Source: a virus (taxonomy: Duplodnaviria; Caudoviricetes). From it: a DNA stretch of 40,152 nt. The stretch spans positions 1 to 40,152 of IMG/VR virus record IMGVR_UViG_3300030376_006008. One strand, given 5' to 3'. Position 1 is the first letter of the stretch; each line of letters begins with the position of its first letter. Both the position numbers and the translations under genes were made by a program. This document shows, one piece after another, positions 18,170 through 27,080 of this stretch. Under the pieces are notes generated by a model, which had not been told where the DNA came from, made no database searches, and worked only from the letters and a program-made list of their open reading frames with translations.

Positions 18170-18517
18170 TTATTTACTTAAAATTTTACTTAACCACGTG
18201 TCTACACCTTTGTTAACATCGTTTGAACTATAATAGTCTACCATTTTAGTAGAGCCATCAGACTGTTCTGTTGGTATAGTTGTGTGTGGTATTAATTTAT
18301 ACTCAGCTACCATAGTTTTTGTTCCCCATCTATTAGGTACGGGTATATCTGAACTATCTATATTATAGCCATCTTTTCTTAAATCAAATATAGTTGCTGA
18401 TAACCTAGTGTTTCCTAGGTCTCTTATTGCTTGAAGACTTGTTATTGTTTTGTGTTTTTTTAGATACTCTAACAGTCTTGTGTAGTGGGTTCCCACTCTT
18501 CTCTTTACTTTTGACAT
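18170..18517 (-). CDS. Winged HTH protein
   Basis: ITSLQAIRDLGNTRLSATIFDLRKDGYNI. Confidence 0.75.
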   Translation of the reverse strand: MSKVKRRVGTHYTRLLEYLKKHKTITSLQAIRDLGNTRLSATIFDLRKDGYNIDSSDIPVPNRWGTKTMVAEYKLIPHTTIPTEQSDGSTKMVDYYSSNDVNKGVDTWLSKILSK

Positions 18518-18896
18518 TTTCTTTTCCTTTTATTGTTATTAATACTCCTGGCTTATCCTTACTGTATTCATACTCATCAAACATAGGTAGGAGGTGGTCA
18601 GAGCTGTCATCTTCCAACCAGTCGTACTTAACCATTAAATCTTGCACAGTTTGCAAGGGATTAACGTAGTCGAACTTCCTCCTAGACTTCCTATAAAATT
18701 TGAAATGAATTATATACGGGGGATTAAACCTTTCTACAAATTCTTTAAAAGGATATGTGTGTTCTAAATATTCTGACTTTGATTCTTTTATATAACGCAT
18801 TGTAGTCTTGCTATGAATCAGGTACTTGCCTGTCCATCTTTTTCCATTCTTACTTGAAGGTACGTTGCCGTTAATAAATATTTCTAAATCATTCAT
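18405..18896 (-). CDS. RusA-like Holliday junction resolvase
   Basis: GNVPSSKN...RRKFDYVN...QDLM...EDD; the last ~37 aa overlap the next gene. Confidence 0.7.
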   Translation of the reverse strand: MNDLEIFINGNVPSSKNGKRWTGKYLIHSKTTMRYIKESKSEYLEHTYPFKEFVERFNPPYIIHFKFYRKSRRKFDYVNPLQTVQDLMVKYDWLEDDSSDHLLPMFDEYEYSKDKPGVLITIKGKENVKSKEKSGNPLHKTVRVSKKTQNNNKSSSNKRPRKH

Positions 18897-19293
18897 ACTC
18901 TACTTCATTGGGGTCTGGTATGTATAGTCCTAGTGACGATGATGCAAACCTTTTGACTTCTTCAATATATTCAGTCATCTCTTGGTTGCTCAACTTAGTA
19001 GTTGATTTCATTCCATCTACCCAAATTCCTTTTATTTGATATTTAGTACGAAGAAACATTGATTTTAATATTTCGTGTGCTTCTTCTTTATCATATCCAG
19101 TTTCATTAGAAACCAGCTTGACAACGACTGCCCAGTAATAAGAGTTAAGGTTCAGGCTACGCCTGTTTTTTTGCTCCCGTACTGTAATAAATACAGTCTT
19201 ACCCTCATTACTAGACAAGTCTTTGTCAAACTGTTCTCTGTTTTGGAAAGTAACCTTTCCATTTTTTATAAACGCTTTGTGCTTATATATCAT
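18889..19293 (-). CDS. NinB/YbcN-like recombination protein
   Basis: RRSLNLNSYYW...HE...STTKLS..EMTEYIE..IPDP. Confidence 0.75.
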   Translation of the reverse strand: MIYKHKAFIKNGKVTFQNREQFDKDLSSNEGKTVFITVREQKNRRSLNLNSYYWAVVVKLVSNETGYDKEEAHEILKSMFLRTKYQIKGIWVDGMKSTTKLSNQEMTEYIEEVKRFASSSLGLYIPDPNEVEYE

Positions 19294-19463
19294 TAGCACT
19301 CACAATTCATTGTTCCAAAACCTAAGTTAAGGACAACTAATTTAAAACATCTTCTAGATATATCAAACTTTAACTCAAATAAAGTTATACCTAAAAGTCT
19401 AGCTTCTAATTTAAATTTATCTGTTTGTCTAGCGTTTGCTGTAAAATAATTTATCATTTTCAT
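19293..19463 (-). CDS. 56-aa hypothetical protein (not in ORF track)
   Basis: MKMINYFTANARQTDKF...MNCEC; TAA overlaps the next ATG. Confidence 0.6.
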   Translation of the reverse strand: MKMINYFTANARQTDKFKLEARLLGITLFELKFDISRRCFKLVVLNLGFGTMNCEC

Positions 19464-19465
19464 AA

Positions 19466-20017
19466 TTAAAATGGTGTTTGTACTTCTGAAGAAGGTGCTG
19501 AATGTAATTTCAACGCCTGTTCATAAGCTGCTCTATCCTCTGGAGACAGTACTTTATTGTAACTATCTTTAAAATTTATTTTTTGTCCAGATGGATTAGC
19601 AAATTTATACTCTATTCTTGACTTTATTTCTGGTGCATTGGTGTCTTTGTCTGTAGTCCAATACTCCCTTGACGCCAAACACACCTCAACAACATTACCC
19701 ATAATACTATTGGCTGCCATTTGCGGGTCTTTAAACGTCGTTGCTCCTGCTGCTACTAAAAAGTTTTTAAATATACTAGTTCTTACTTTAGCTGCTGCCT
19801 CACTCGTGTGAGAATCAATACCATTAAACTTTAAGAATGCAGTACCCTGTAGGTTTTCTACAATAAACTCAAAATATGGTGTGCCTTGATATCCAGCATT
19901 TTCATCACTAGTTTTAAAGCTTTTAATGGTAACTGTGTGAGCTCCTGCTTTTAAATAACTCGATGTTTGTGTTGGTGCGTTCGATGTTAATTCGGTTTCT
20001 TCTAATTTTGGAAACAT
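19466..20017 (-). CDS. Putative ssDNA-binding protein (DUF669-like)
   Basis: Follows the Sak4-like ATPase; YLKAGAHTVTI; ends in PF. Confidence 0.6.
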   Translation of the reverse strand: MFPKLEETELTSNAPTQTSSYLKAGAHTVTIKSFKTSDENAGYQGTPYFEFIVENLQGTAFLKFNGIDSHTSEAAAKVRTSIFKNFLVAAGATTFKDPQMAANSIMGNVVEVCLASREYWTTDKDTNAPEIKSRIEYKFANPSGQKINFKDSYNKVLSPEDRAAYEQALKLHSAPSSEVQTPF

Positions 20018-20154
20018 ATATTCGGTTTTAATAATTAATAATATAGAGGACAAGTAAGTGCCCTCTACCTTTGAAAATTTATGACTCATTATTATATTAT
20101 ATGATTTCGGAGGGATAATGAGCCTCTTTCTTACTAAAGTTTAAACTTATCCTC

Positions 20155-20790
20155 CTAATTATAGTACAATTCACATTTTTCAATAACTGATTTAATGCAA
20201 TTATCAATGTGTAAATTATCAAACATACCCATAGGACTCTTTGCAGAATCTCTACCTGTAGTATTTGTTCTAAATCTGTATGAAACTCCATCATCAGTTG
20301 CTCTCACATCTGTAAACAAAGCTATAACAAATTCTTTCTCAACTCTTTTCTTCCATCTGTTACCATCTACTGCAACATAGCGTTCTTCAACACCATTGTC
20401 GCCGTCATACACGCCGTCAATAGCAGTAAACACAACATACTTATCAGAGTTTTTAGACTTGTCTAAAATCTTATCTATCTCTTTATTATAGTAACTCCAA
20501 ACATCAAAACCTTTGTATCTTATGTCGGCTTCTCTGAATATTATTTCTATAAGAGATGTAAATGATTCTACGATTATTGTGTCTATCTTGTCACTAGACA
20601 TAGCTTTGTCTAAAGCTGAGTGGAACTCTGATACAGATTTAATTGGAACATTCATAAACTCATTAGCGTTCTTGAATGGTAACTGCTTTCTTTCTGTATT
20701 AAGAACTGCAGTTCTTGTTGGTTGCAAGTTTCTCATAGAGCTTGACTTGCCTGAACCTGATGGTCCAGCAATAATTATATTCGGTTTCAT
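20155..20790 (-). CDS. AAA_24/Sak4-like P-loop ATPase
   Basis: GPSGSGKS Walker A; SAKSPMGMF...IDN motif. Confidence 0.8.
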   Translation of the reverse strand: MKPNIIIAGPSGSGKSSSMRNLQPTRTAVLNTERKQLPFKNANEFMNVPIKSVSEFHSALDKAMSSDKIDTIIVESFTSLIEIIFREADIRYKGFDVWSYYNKEIDKILDKSKNSDKYVVFTAIDGVYDGDNGVEERYVAVDGNRWKKRVEKEFVIALFTDVRATDDGVSYRFRTNTTGRDSAKSPMGMFDNLHIDNCIKSVIEKCELYYN

Positions 20791-21011
20791 TTGTCTTTCG
20801 TTTTTAAATTAAACAATTCGGTTTTACTAATCGGTTTTTTATTATTCTTAGATTGAACAAACTTTACATATCCTTTGAACATAAAGTTATTTTCGTTTTT
20901 GATTACATTTTCTAATTCACCAAAGGTTTTATTCATAACCTTACGGAGAAAAGTTTTGCTAATCCCTAATCTTTTAGAAAGTTTAGTTAAAGCTTGTTCG
21001 TAACTAATCAT
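20787..21011 (-). CDS. HU/IHF-like DNA-binding protein with short arm
   Basis: LSKRLGISK...helix...FKGYVKF follows the HU helix-helix-GFGxF layout. Confidence 0.55.
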   Translation of the reverse strand: MISYEQALTKLSKRLGISKTFLRKVMNKTFGELENVIKNENNFMFKGYVKFVQSKNNKKPISKTELFNLKTKDK

Positions 21012-21018
21012 AATGCTG

Positions 21019-21049
21019 CAAATCTACTAAATATATAACAAACAGCAAA
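21019..21049 (-). promoter_or_regulatory. Bacteroidota sigma-A promoter TTTG-N19-TAGATTTG
   Basis: Both elements present at consensus spacing, 7 nt upstream of the ATG at 21011. Confidence 0.8.
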
Positions 21050-21073
21050 ATAGATAGGCAAAAAATATACACA

Positions 21074-22366
21074 TCACATTGTTGGTAAGTCCTCAAATTT
21101 TGTTAAATAATCAACAAACCTTAAGTGTTTACTTCCAATACCAATATTTCTACCTTTAGCAAATATTATTTCTGCTAAACCTTGAACACTATTACCTCTT
21201 TCATCAGTTAAAATGTTATAATATTCAGGTCTGTACACAAACATAACGGTATCAGCAGCTTGCTCAATTTCCCCAGACTCTCTCAAGTCAGCTAGTGTAG
21301 GGCGACCCCCATCGCGTTTACTAACATTCCTAGATAACTGAGAAAGCGCTAATACTGTTATATCTAATTCTTTTGCTAAATTCTTTAATGCTCTTGTTAC
21401 ATGTGACACTTCTTGTTCACGACTACGTCCATTTAAATTGTAACTAATTAATTGCAGGTAGTCTACTACCACCATGTCAACTTGTTTAGTTACAACATAT
21501 TGCCTAATCCTGTTAAGAAGATATTTTAAAGATGTATTTCTACACTCATCAATATATAAAGGCATTTTATCAAAACGAGCTATACTATTATGTATTTTAG
21601 TCCATTCGTCTTGATATATAGCACCTTTAAGCATATGTTTGTTATCAATGTCTGCATCACCACTAATCATACGCATAAGCATTTGATTAACTGACATTTC
21701 GTAAGAAAATACTACACATTTATATTTTCTGCGAGCAGCATTAACAGCAATATTAAGAGCAAAACTGGTTTTACCCATAGATGAAGCACCACCAATGATA
21801 ACTAAATCTTGTTTTTGCCAGCCACTTGTAAACTTATCAATATCTCTGAATCCACTTGGGATACCCGTCATGCCCTGATTATTAACATTGTTTTCAATAG
21901 TCTTGACCATACTGGGCATTTGTTCGCTGATATGAATTAATTTATCATTGGACACATTGCCGATTTTTTGCAGTTCATTTTCTGCATAGTCAATGATAGT
22001 GAACAACTCGTCATTGTCATTGACTTTGTTATTGATATGATGTGCAAGTTTTTGCAGTTGACCTATTTTGTTTTTTTCTAATAATAGTAAAACAAGGTTG
22101 CCTGCAAGATACGGGTCATATGCTCTTTCACTACAGTCTTGAGCAAGCTTAATAGCTTTGTATTTGTCTTTAGACTTATTATAAAACTCAGTCATGTCAC
22201 ATTTACCAGTATTTTGATAAGAGTTGTCTAATATAATAAATAGTCTTTTATTTTCTTCGCATTCAAATAAGTCTGCTGATAATAAAGAATGATTGTCAAA
22301 GTATATAGTTTTGTCTGTCATTAGTTTACCAAGCAAAACCATTTCTATGTAATTTCTATCTTTCAT
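21074..22366 (-). CDS. dnaB: Replicative DNA helicase
   Basis: SSMGKT, VVVDYLQL, LSQLSR and DLRESGEIEQAAD. Confidence 0.95.
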   Translation of the reverse strand: MKDRNYIEMVLLGKLMTDKTIYFDNHSLLSADLFECEENKRLFIILDNSYQNTGKCDMTEFYNKSKDKYKAIKLAQDCSERAYDPYLAGNLVLLLLEKNKIGQLQKLAHHINNKVNDNDELFTIIDYAENELQKIGNVSNDKLIHISEQMPSMVKTIENNVNNQGMTGIPSGFRDIDKFTSGWQKQDLVIIGGASSMGKTSFALNIAVNAARRKYKCVVFSYEMSVNQMLMRMISGDADIDNKHMLKGAIYQDEWTKIHNSIARFDKMPLYIDECRNTSLKYLLNRIRQYVVTKQVDMVVVDYLQLISYNLNGRSREQEVSHVTRALKNLAKELDITVLALSQLSRNVSKRDGGRPTLADLRESGEIEQAADTVMFVYRPEYYNILTDERGNSVQGLAEIIFAKGRNIGIGSKHLRFVDYLTKFEDLPTM

Positions 22367-22667
22367 CTCTTAAATTATTTTTAGGTTGTTTATATATAAA
22401 CTTTGAATTTTGCAACATGTTTGTAATTTCAGGAACTTCATCTTCCCACCTTTCGTGTTTAATCCAACGCACAGGGTGAGGCCAATCAGGATACCACATT
22501 TGATGTTCATCACATATAGCTCTATATCTTTTTTGATTAGACAATGCTTCCATTATTGTTGCATATAATTCTGGCGAGGGTTTTAGCCTTTGCCATGCAT
22601 CAAGGGTTTGTTTTTTACCCACCTTGCGAGGGTATTCTTTCCAGAATGTATCAAATAAACTTTTCAT
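22356..22667 (-). CDS. Phage replication-initiator C-terminal-like domain
   Basis: FDTFWKEYPRKVGK...HPVRWIKHERWEDE; directly upstream of dnaB. Confidence 0.7.
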   Translation of the reverse strand: MKSLFDTFWKEYPRKVGKKQTLDAWQRLKPSPELYATIMEALSNQKRYRAICDEHQMWYPDWPHPVRWIKHERWEDEVPEITNMLQNSKFIYKQPKNNLRDER

Positions 22668-22912
22668 CCTTCTAATTTTTCTATGATTTCTGACTCTAAA
22701 TTAATTAACCAATCATCAGCCACCTCATACATAATGTCTGTTATGTCTACTGAAGTATATACGGTGCTATTAACACAATATATTTCTATTTTGTCTATTT
22801 CTACATGAGACCTTAATGGTTCTGTGTCTGGATATTTTTCTACTTGTTCTGGTATATAGGTGTAGCTAACATGTAGCATGTGCTCTCCTATTTCTATTAT
22901 ATGTTCTGCCAT
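22664..22912 (-). CDS. Hypothetical acidic protein
   Basis: Operon-packed ORF. Confidence 0.6.
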   Translation of the reverse strand: MAEHIIEIGEHMLHVSYTYIPEQVEKYPDTEPLRSHVEIDKIEIYCVNSTVYTSVDITDIMYEVADDWLINLESEIIEKLEG

Positions 22913-22949
22913 AATTTTACAATTTTAATAATTAATATTTAGTTTAAAA

Positions 22950-23031
22950 CTACATAGGGGGGAGAAACGGTAATCGGAACACAAAGTATAACTAAATTAA
23001 TAATTAAATGATTACAACTCCCCCCTTGTAG
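22950..23031. other. Long intergenic stem-loop
   Basis: CTACA(T)AGGGGGGAG/CTCCCCCCTTGTAG outer stem and GTAATC/GATTAC inner stem. Confidence 0.7.
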
Positions 23032-23051
23032 AATGTGTGAATGAGTAGCGA

Positions 23052-24296
23052 TTAACTGAAACGCTCTTCACGTTTATCATAATAGTCTGCTATAATATCT
23101 CCTTCTTTACCCAGGCCTGCAACCAATACTTCACGCATTGATATACATATAGTTGGGTCTTCTTGGAATCTATTGTAGGTTTCTATTATGGTTCTAGAAT
23201 GATTTTCGACAAATTTAACAAAACTCATGCAAAACAGCACCCACTTTCTAATTTTATTATAGTCAAGTGAGCCACTATGTTGCCTAAATTCTATAGTCTC
23301 ACCTCTTTCATTGTAGCTACAGTTGTTAAGGTTAAGCCACTTGTAACGAGTAGACGCATAGTGTCCATTAGGGTGACGCGACTTCTTACAATTGTTTTTA
23401 TCAAACCCTGCATCAGTATTAGAAACATATTTTGAAAGCAATCTTAACATTCGTTTATATGTAAAAGGATAAAGTTTTTTATTAACTGTCCTAATTTTTA
23501 TAAATTCTCTAGGTATAGATTGACAATAACTATTTAATCTTCTTGATTTGGGTTGAATCCTAAACAATTGTTCTTGCATCATTTGCCCCAACATAATAGA
23601 CAGTATACTAAATCTTCTATTGAAGTTAGCCCCACCTATATGAACATGAACACCACAAGTTTTATCAACATCACATTTTGCTGAAAGAGCTTGACATATG
23701 TCTTCTAGTTCTTTCATACCCTTATCGCCCTGAAGAACACCTGTCACATATTCTTTAGCTTCAATACTACCATCATCTACACACTTAAGACTGTATTTAG
23801 ATGTATAGTCTAAATAACCACCACAAGTTTCCATCTCAACACCAAATGTATATGGCATACCATATGTTTTAGTAAGCCTAGTGTCTACAATTTTAAAGGT
23901 GTTTTCCCAGGTTTCTCCTTCATCATATTCATCTTCTGGAACCCAATCATCTCGACTTTCAGAATATAAAAAACCTCTGTGTTCTGCTGTATCACGACAC
24001 TGAAAATATCTATCAGAATATTCTGAGTATTCATAATCAGTATCTTGATGAAACCAACCTTCGCCACCTTGATACAAATCACCATAAATCATTTCTGAGT
24101 CAAGATAATAGCATTCATTTGTATCACACCATTGTAGACAATCATTATCACAATGATAATATAGTCCATCTGATTCACAATGTTGAGCTTCATCTACATG
24201 ACACCAATCTCCATTGTGCAGTTGAACGCAATCATTTTCATGTTGTTCATCGCCATGCATATCAAGAACATAACCTTCTTCTAATTCTTTTTCCAT
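23052..24296 (-). CDS. Putative amidoligase (COOH-NH2 ligase, Amidoligase_2-like) with acidic Cys/aromatic N-terminal repeats
   Basis: FGVEME, DDGSI, EYVT, CGVHVHIG, RYKWLN and TIEFRQH. Confidence 0.85.
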   Translation of the reverse strand: MEKELEEGYVLDMHGDEQHENDCVQLHNGDWCHVDEAQHCESDGLYYHCDNDCLQWCDTNECYYLDSEMIYGDLYQGGEGWFHQDTDYEYSEYSDRYFQCRDTAEHRGFLYSESRDDWVPEDEYDEGETWENTFKIVDTRLTKTYGMPYTFGVEMETCGGYLDYTSKYSLKCVDDGSIEAKEYVTGVLQGDKGMKELEDICQALSAKCDVDKTCGVHVHIGGANFNRRFSILSIMLGQMMQEQLFRIQPKSRRLNSYCQSIPREFIKIRTVNKKLYPFTYKRMLRLLSKYVSNTDAGFDKNNCKKSRHPNGHYASTRYKWLNLNNCSYNERGETIEFRQHSGSLDYNKIRKWVLFCMSFVKFVENHSRTIIETYNRFQEDPTICISMREVLVAGLGKEGDIIADYYDKREERFS

Positions 24297-24307
24297 AATT
24301 TAAAGTT

Positions 24308-25237
24308 TTAATATTGATAATAAATTTGGTCAGCTATTTGTTCTAAAACTTCAATAGCATTTCTTATAGTAGTTTTAGAATTCATGTCTAAATCAGAATG
24401 TTCTATAATTTCCATAAGGTCATTTGCTGCATCAGAATAAACTTGAGCTCTCATATAATCTTCTTCTTCATCGGTGTCCCAAGGGTCTTGTCCTTGCCAT
24501 ATGTTTGCTTGATTATAAATGCTTGACTGTGAGGGTGTTATATTATTATATCCACCATACGAACGCCAGTCTGTATTTATAGTCTTAGCTGCTGGTATAG
24601 GCTTGTGCTTAACTTTAATAGTTTTAATTAACTCGCCGTTTTCCCAAACATATACTCTATCTTTTTCACATTCTTTTACATCTTTTTTTCTTTTAGTTAG
24701 GTTTTCTAAACCTTCTTCTAAAGAACTAAAGTATGTACCCTCTTCTCTTGTTAAATAATAAAGTGGGTTGTTGTGTCTGTAAGTATATAATCTGTTGTCA
24801 CTAGCTGTATATAAAACTGCTTTTGTACCACCAAATAAACCTAAGTTTGACGCATCTCTTGTTTCGCCAAGCACTTTAATAATCATTTCAGAATCAACAG
24901 TAGTTTTCTTTATGTTAAACTTTTTGCCTACTTCTTCATAATTATTTAACACACCATTGTGAGCACCTATAATTCCTTTGTGCTGAAATGGGTGTGCGTT
25001 CTCAACAGTGTTATCACCGTGAGTACCATATCTTGTGTGTCCTATAAGAACACTGCCTGTTTCGTTTGATTCAAGCATTGGTAATATATTCATAGATTCA
25101 TCTAATGTTTTGTATATTTTACCATTTACGAACATTCCTGTAGAGTGGCCACCTCTGGAATCGTTGTCCGCTAATAAATGTAAAGCTTTTAACACGCTTG
25201 TGTCTGCCTTACCTGAAAAGCCTACTAATCCACACAT
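24308..25237 (-). CDS. Class II glutamine amidotransferase (Ntn hydrolase)
   Basis: MCGLVG, RGGHSTG, GHTRYGTHG, NAHPF, HNG and VDSE; in-frame upstream ATG at 25330. Confidence 0.9.
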   Translation of the reverse strand: MCGLVGFSGKADTSVLKALHLLADNDSRGGHSTGMFVNGKIYKTLDESMNILPMLESNETGSVLIGHTRYGTHGDNTVENAHPFQHKGIIGAHNGVLNNYEEVGKKFNIKKTTVDSEMIIKVLGETRDASNLGLFGGTKAVLYTASDNRLYTYRHNNPLYYLTREEGTYFSSLEEGLENLTKRKKDVKECEKDRVYVWENGELIKTIKVKHKPIPAAKTINTDWRSYGGYNNITPSQSSIYNQANIWQGQDPWDTDEEEDYMRAQVYSDAANDLMEIIEHSDLDMNSKTTIRNAIEVLEQIADQIYYQY

Positions 25238-25322
25238 ATTTTTATTTTTTTCAGTGTTAATAATTTCATGGTATTCATCTATTGCGTCGAAGGGTATACC
25301 ATTTACCCCTTCATCCCAAACC

Positions 25323-25799
25323 CTACTCATGACTTGGTAAGTTTTCGGTTGTTATTATAAGTTGCTCTTTTTGTTTTTTAGATATATTACTTCTTATAGG
25401 ACCAAAATCTAAAATTTCTTTAACAAGCCATAACATATCATTTATTCTATCAAGCTGAGTAGTTTTTGCATATTCAACATATGTTTCTATTCTTTCGTAT
25501 TTAGTTTTGGTTTTAGAATCATAAGTAACTCCAGTACCTAAATAAACAGGTCTAAGACTTGCTTTCATAAAACTTGTTAAAACTTCATATATAGATTCTC
25601 TACTAACAAGACAATCAACTTTTAAATTCTTTTTATTTGATTTATCTACTATAAATGCCTTGCTGTTTTCTAAATCTTCAAGCTTGTAAGCTTCTTCTTT
25701 GATTTGTTTTTTGTTATACATAGGTATAACTTTATTATTATTTAGATACTCGCCTAAGGCTTCTCTAATAATATTATAGTTTAATTCATGTTTTGCCAT
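25323..25799 (-). CDS. Hypothetical protein
   Basis: ORF with AT-rich start region. Confidence 0.65.
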   Translation of the reverse strand: MAKHELNYNIIREALGEYLNNNKVIPMYNKKQIKEEAYKLEDLENSKAFIVDKSNKKNLKVDCLVSRESIYEVLTSFMKASLRPVYLGTGVTYDSKTKTKYERIETYVEYAKTTQLDRINDMLWLVKEILDFGPIRSNISKKQKEQLIITTENLPSHE

Positions 25800-25818
25800 A
25801 ATTTATATTTTAATAGTG

Positions 25819-25845
25819 AAAAAATAGGGGACCGAAGTCCCCATT
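25819..25845 (-). terminator. Intrinsic terminator with cUUCGg loop
   Basis: Minus strand GGGGAC-UUCG-GUCCCC followed by UAUUUUUU. Confidence 0.85.
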
Positions 25846-25899
25846 AAATAAACAAAGTGTATACGATAATAAATATTATCATAACAACAAATATTATAT

Positions 25900-26091
25900 C
25901 TACTGTATCCATGTTGCATTTTGACCTCTGACATATTTGTCTATAATGCCTATTTTGTTTTTAGCATCATAAGATATATGATATTTATCTTTAGTAGCTT
26001 TGATAGCATCTGGTAAAACAGTAATACTTGTGTCCCGTTTTTTAAGTGGTAGAATTGCAGGACCTAACAATTCGCATAAATGATATTTCAT
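25900..26091 (-). CDS. Hypothetical protein
   Basis: 63 aa with AT-rich start region. Confidence 0.6.
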   Translation of the reverse strand: MKYHLCELLGPAILPLKKRDTSITVLPDAIKATKDKYHISYDAKNKIGIIDKYVRGQNATWIQ

Positions 26092-26106
26092 AATAATAAG
26101 TTTAAG

Positions 26107-26229
26107 TTAAACAAATATTGCCCACATAATCCATATAAATAAATACATACAATACATGAAGGCAAGTGATAACACGGCAGTTGCAGATATATAAATGATA
26201 CCTTGCAACCATTTAGGTAAATTACTCAT
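26107..26229 (-). CDS. 40-aa single-TM peptide
   Basis: MSNLPKWLQGIIY...WIMWAIFV; ATG preceded by AACTAAAACTATTATT. Confidence 0.65.
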   Translation of the reverse strand: MSNLPKWLQGIIYISATAVLSLAFMYCMYLFIWIMWAIFV

Positions 26230-26285
26230 AATAATAGTTTTAGTTACACAATAGAGAAAAGCAGAGAAAATAGATTGACATAGCG

Positions 26286-26299
26286 CTACCGCGCATGGT
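26286..26299 (+). repeat. CTACCGCGCATNGT motif copy 3
   Basis: CTACCGCGCATGGT, intergenic. Confidence 0.75.
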
Positions 26300-26329
26300 G
26301 ATAGTGAATCCATCAGCGTGGCAATCAGT

Positions 26330-26360
26330 AAAGAGTAAGGGGATACGTTAGTACCCCCTC
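26330..26360 (-). terminator. Probable terminator after 26371..26985
   Basis: Minus strand GGGGGUAC-UAAC-GUAUCCCC followed by UUACUCUUU. Confidence 0.65.
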
Positions 26361-26370
26361 ACAATAGCTA

Positions 26371-26985
26371 TTACATTTCTGCATCTGCGTGTTCAGTTAC
26401 AGTTGATGAGCTTTTTGAATACGTAGGAACGTCAACAAAGTTCATTTGTTTGCCTTTTTTACGCATAGCAAATGTTAGTGTAACATTTTCAGCTTGAACA
26501 TCTGTGTCAAATTGTTTTACATCAGTGTAATCATTGTCACGCAGAATACCATAGAAAGCTTTTGCATAATATAAATCTTCGCCTGTATCGTTACAATTGA
26601 TGATTTCTTCTGCAATGCCTTGAATAGTAGTGTTACGGAATAGCATAGTAACATAGTTCAAGTTTTTATCATCAGAATCTAATTTTATGTTGATAGCAAA
26701 CGCAGGCAGAGGTTTTTTACTATATTGACCTGTGTCCTTGTCGCGTCTTGACACGTACAACATAATGTTAGCACATTGAAACGCAGTAGGTTCTGATAGC
26801 TCATATTTTTGTGAGCCGTTAGCACCTGTTACAATTTTGTCAATCATTTTGAACTCGCCTAATTGCGGATTGAAATTGAACATAGTACCTGTTTTGATAC
26901 CTTCAGTTCTATCGTGCTTAGGTAGTGTTAATGATTGAATTTTGCTGAGCTTATCAGCAACGTTTTTGGAAAATAAACTTTTCAT
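26371..26985 (-). CDS. Hypothetical early protein
   Basis: 204 aa, own terminator, no family recognised. Confidence 0.7.
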   Translation of the reverse strand: MKSLFSKNVADKLSKIQSLTLPKHDRTEGIKTGTMFNFNPQLGEFKMIDKIVTGANGSQKYELSEPTAFQCANIMLYVSRRDKDTGQYSKKPLPAFAINIKLDSDDKNLNYVTMLFRNTTIQGIAEEIINCNDTGEDLYYAKAFYGILRDNDYTDVKQFDTDVQAENVTLTFAMRKKGKQMNFVDVPTYSKSSSTVTEHADAEM

Positions 26986-27080
26986 AATATATAAATTTAA
27001 AATAAAGAGTAATGTACGGCTTACTCATTAACCGAGTTGCATGTTAATACACAACCAATATAGAACAGCAAAAACTGTTA

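Noticed and set aside
18405-18517. 113-nt overlap of the resolvase tail with the HTH gene as a functional dual-coding region
   Set aside because: The tail is low-complexity and lies beyond the fold; most likely a drifted stop codon.
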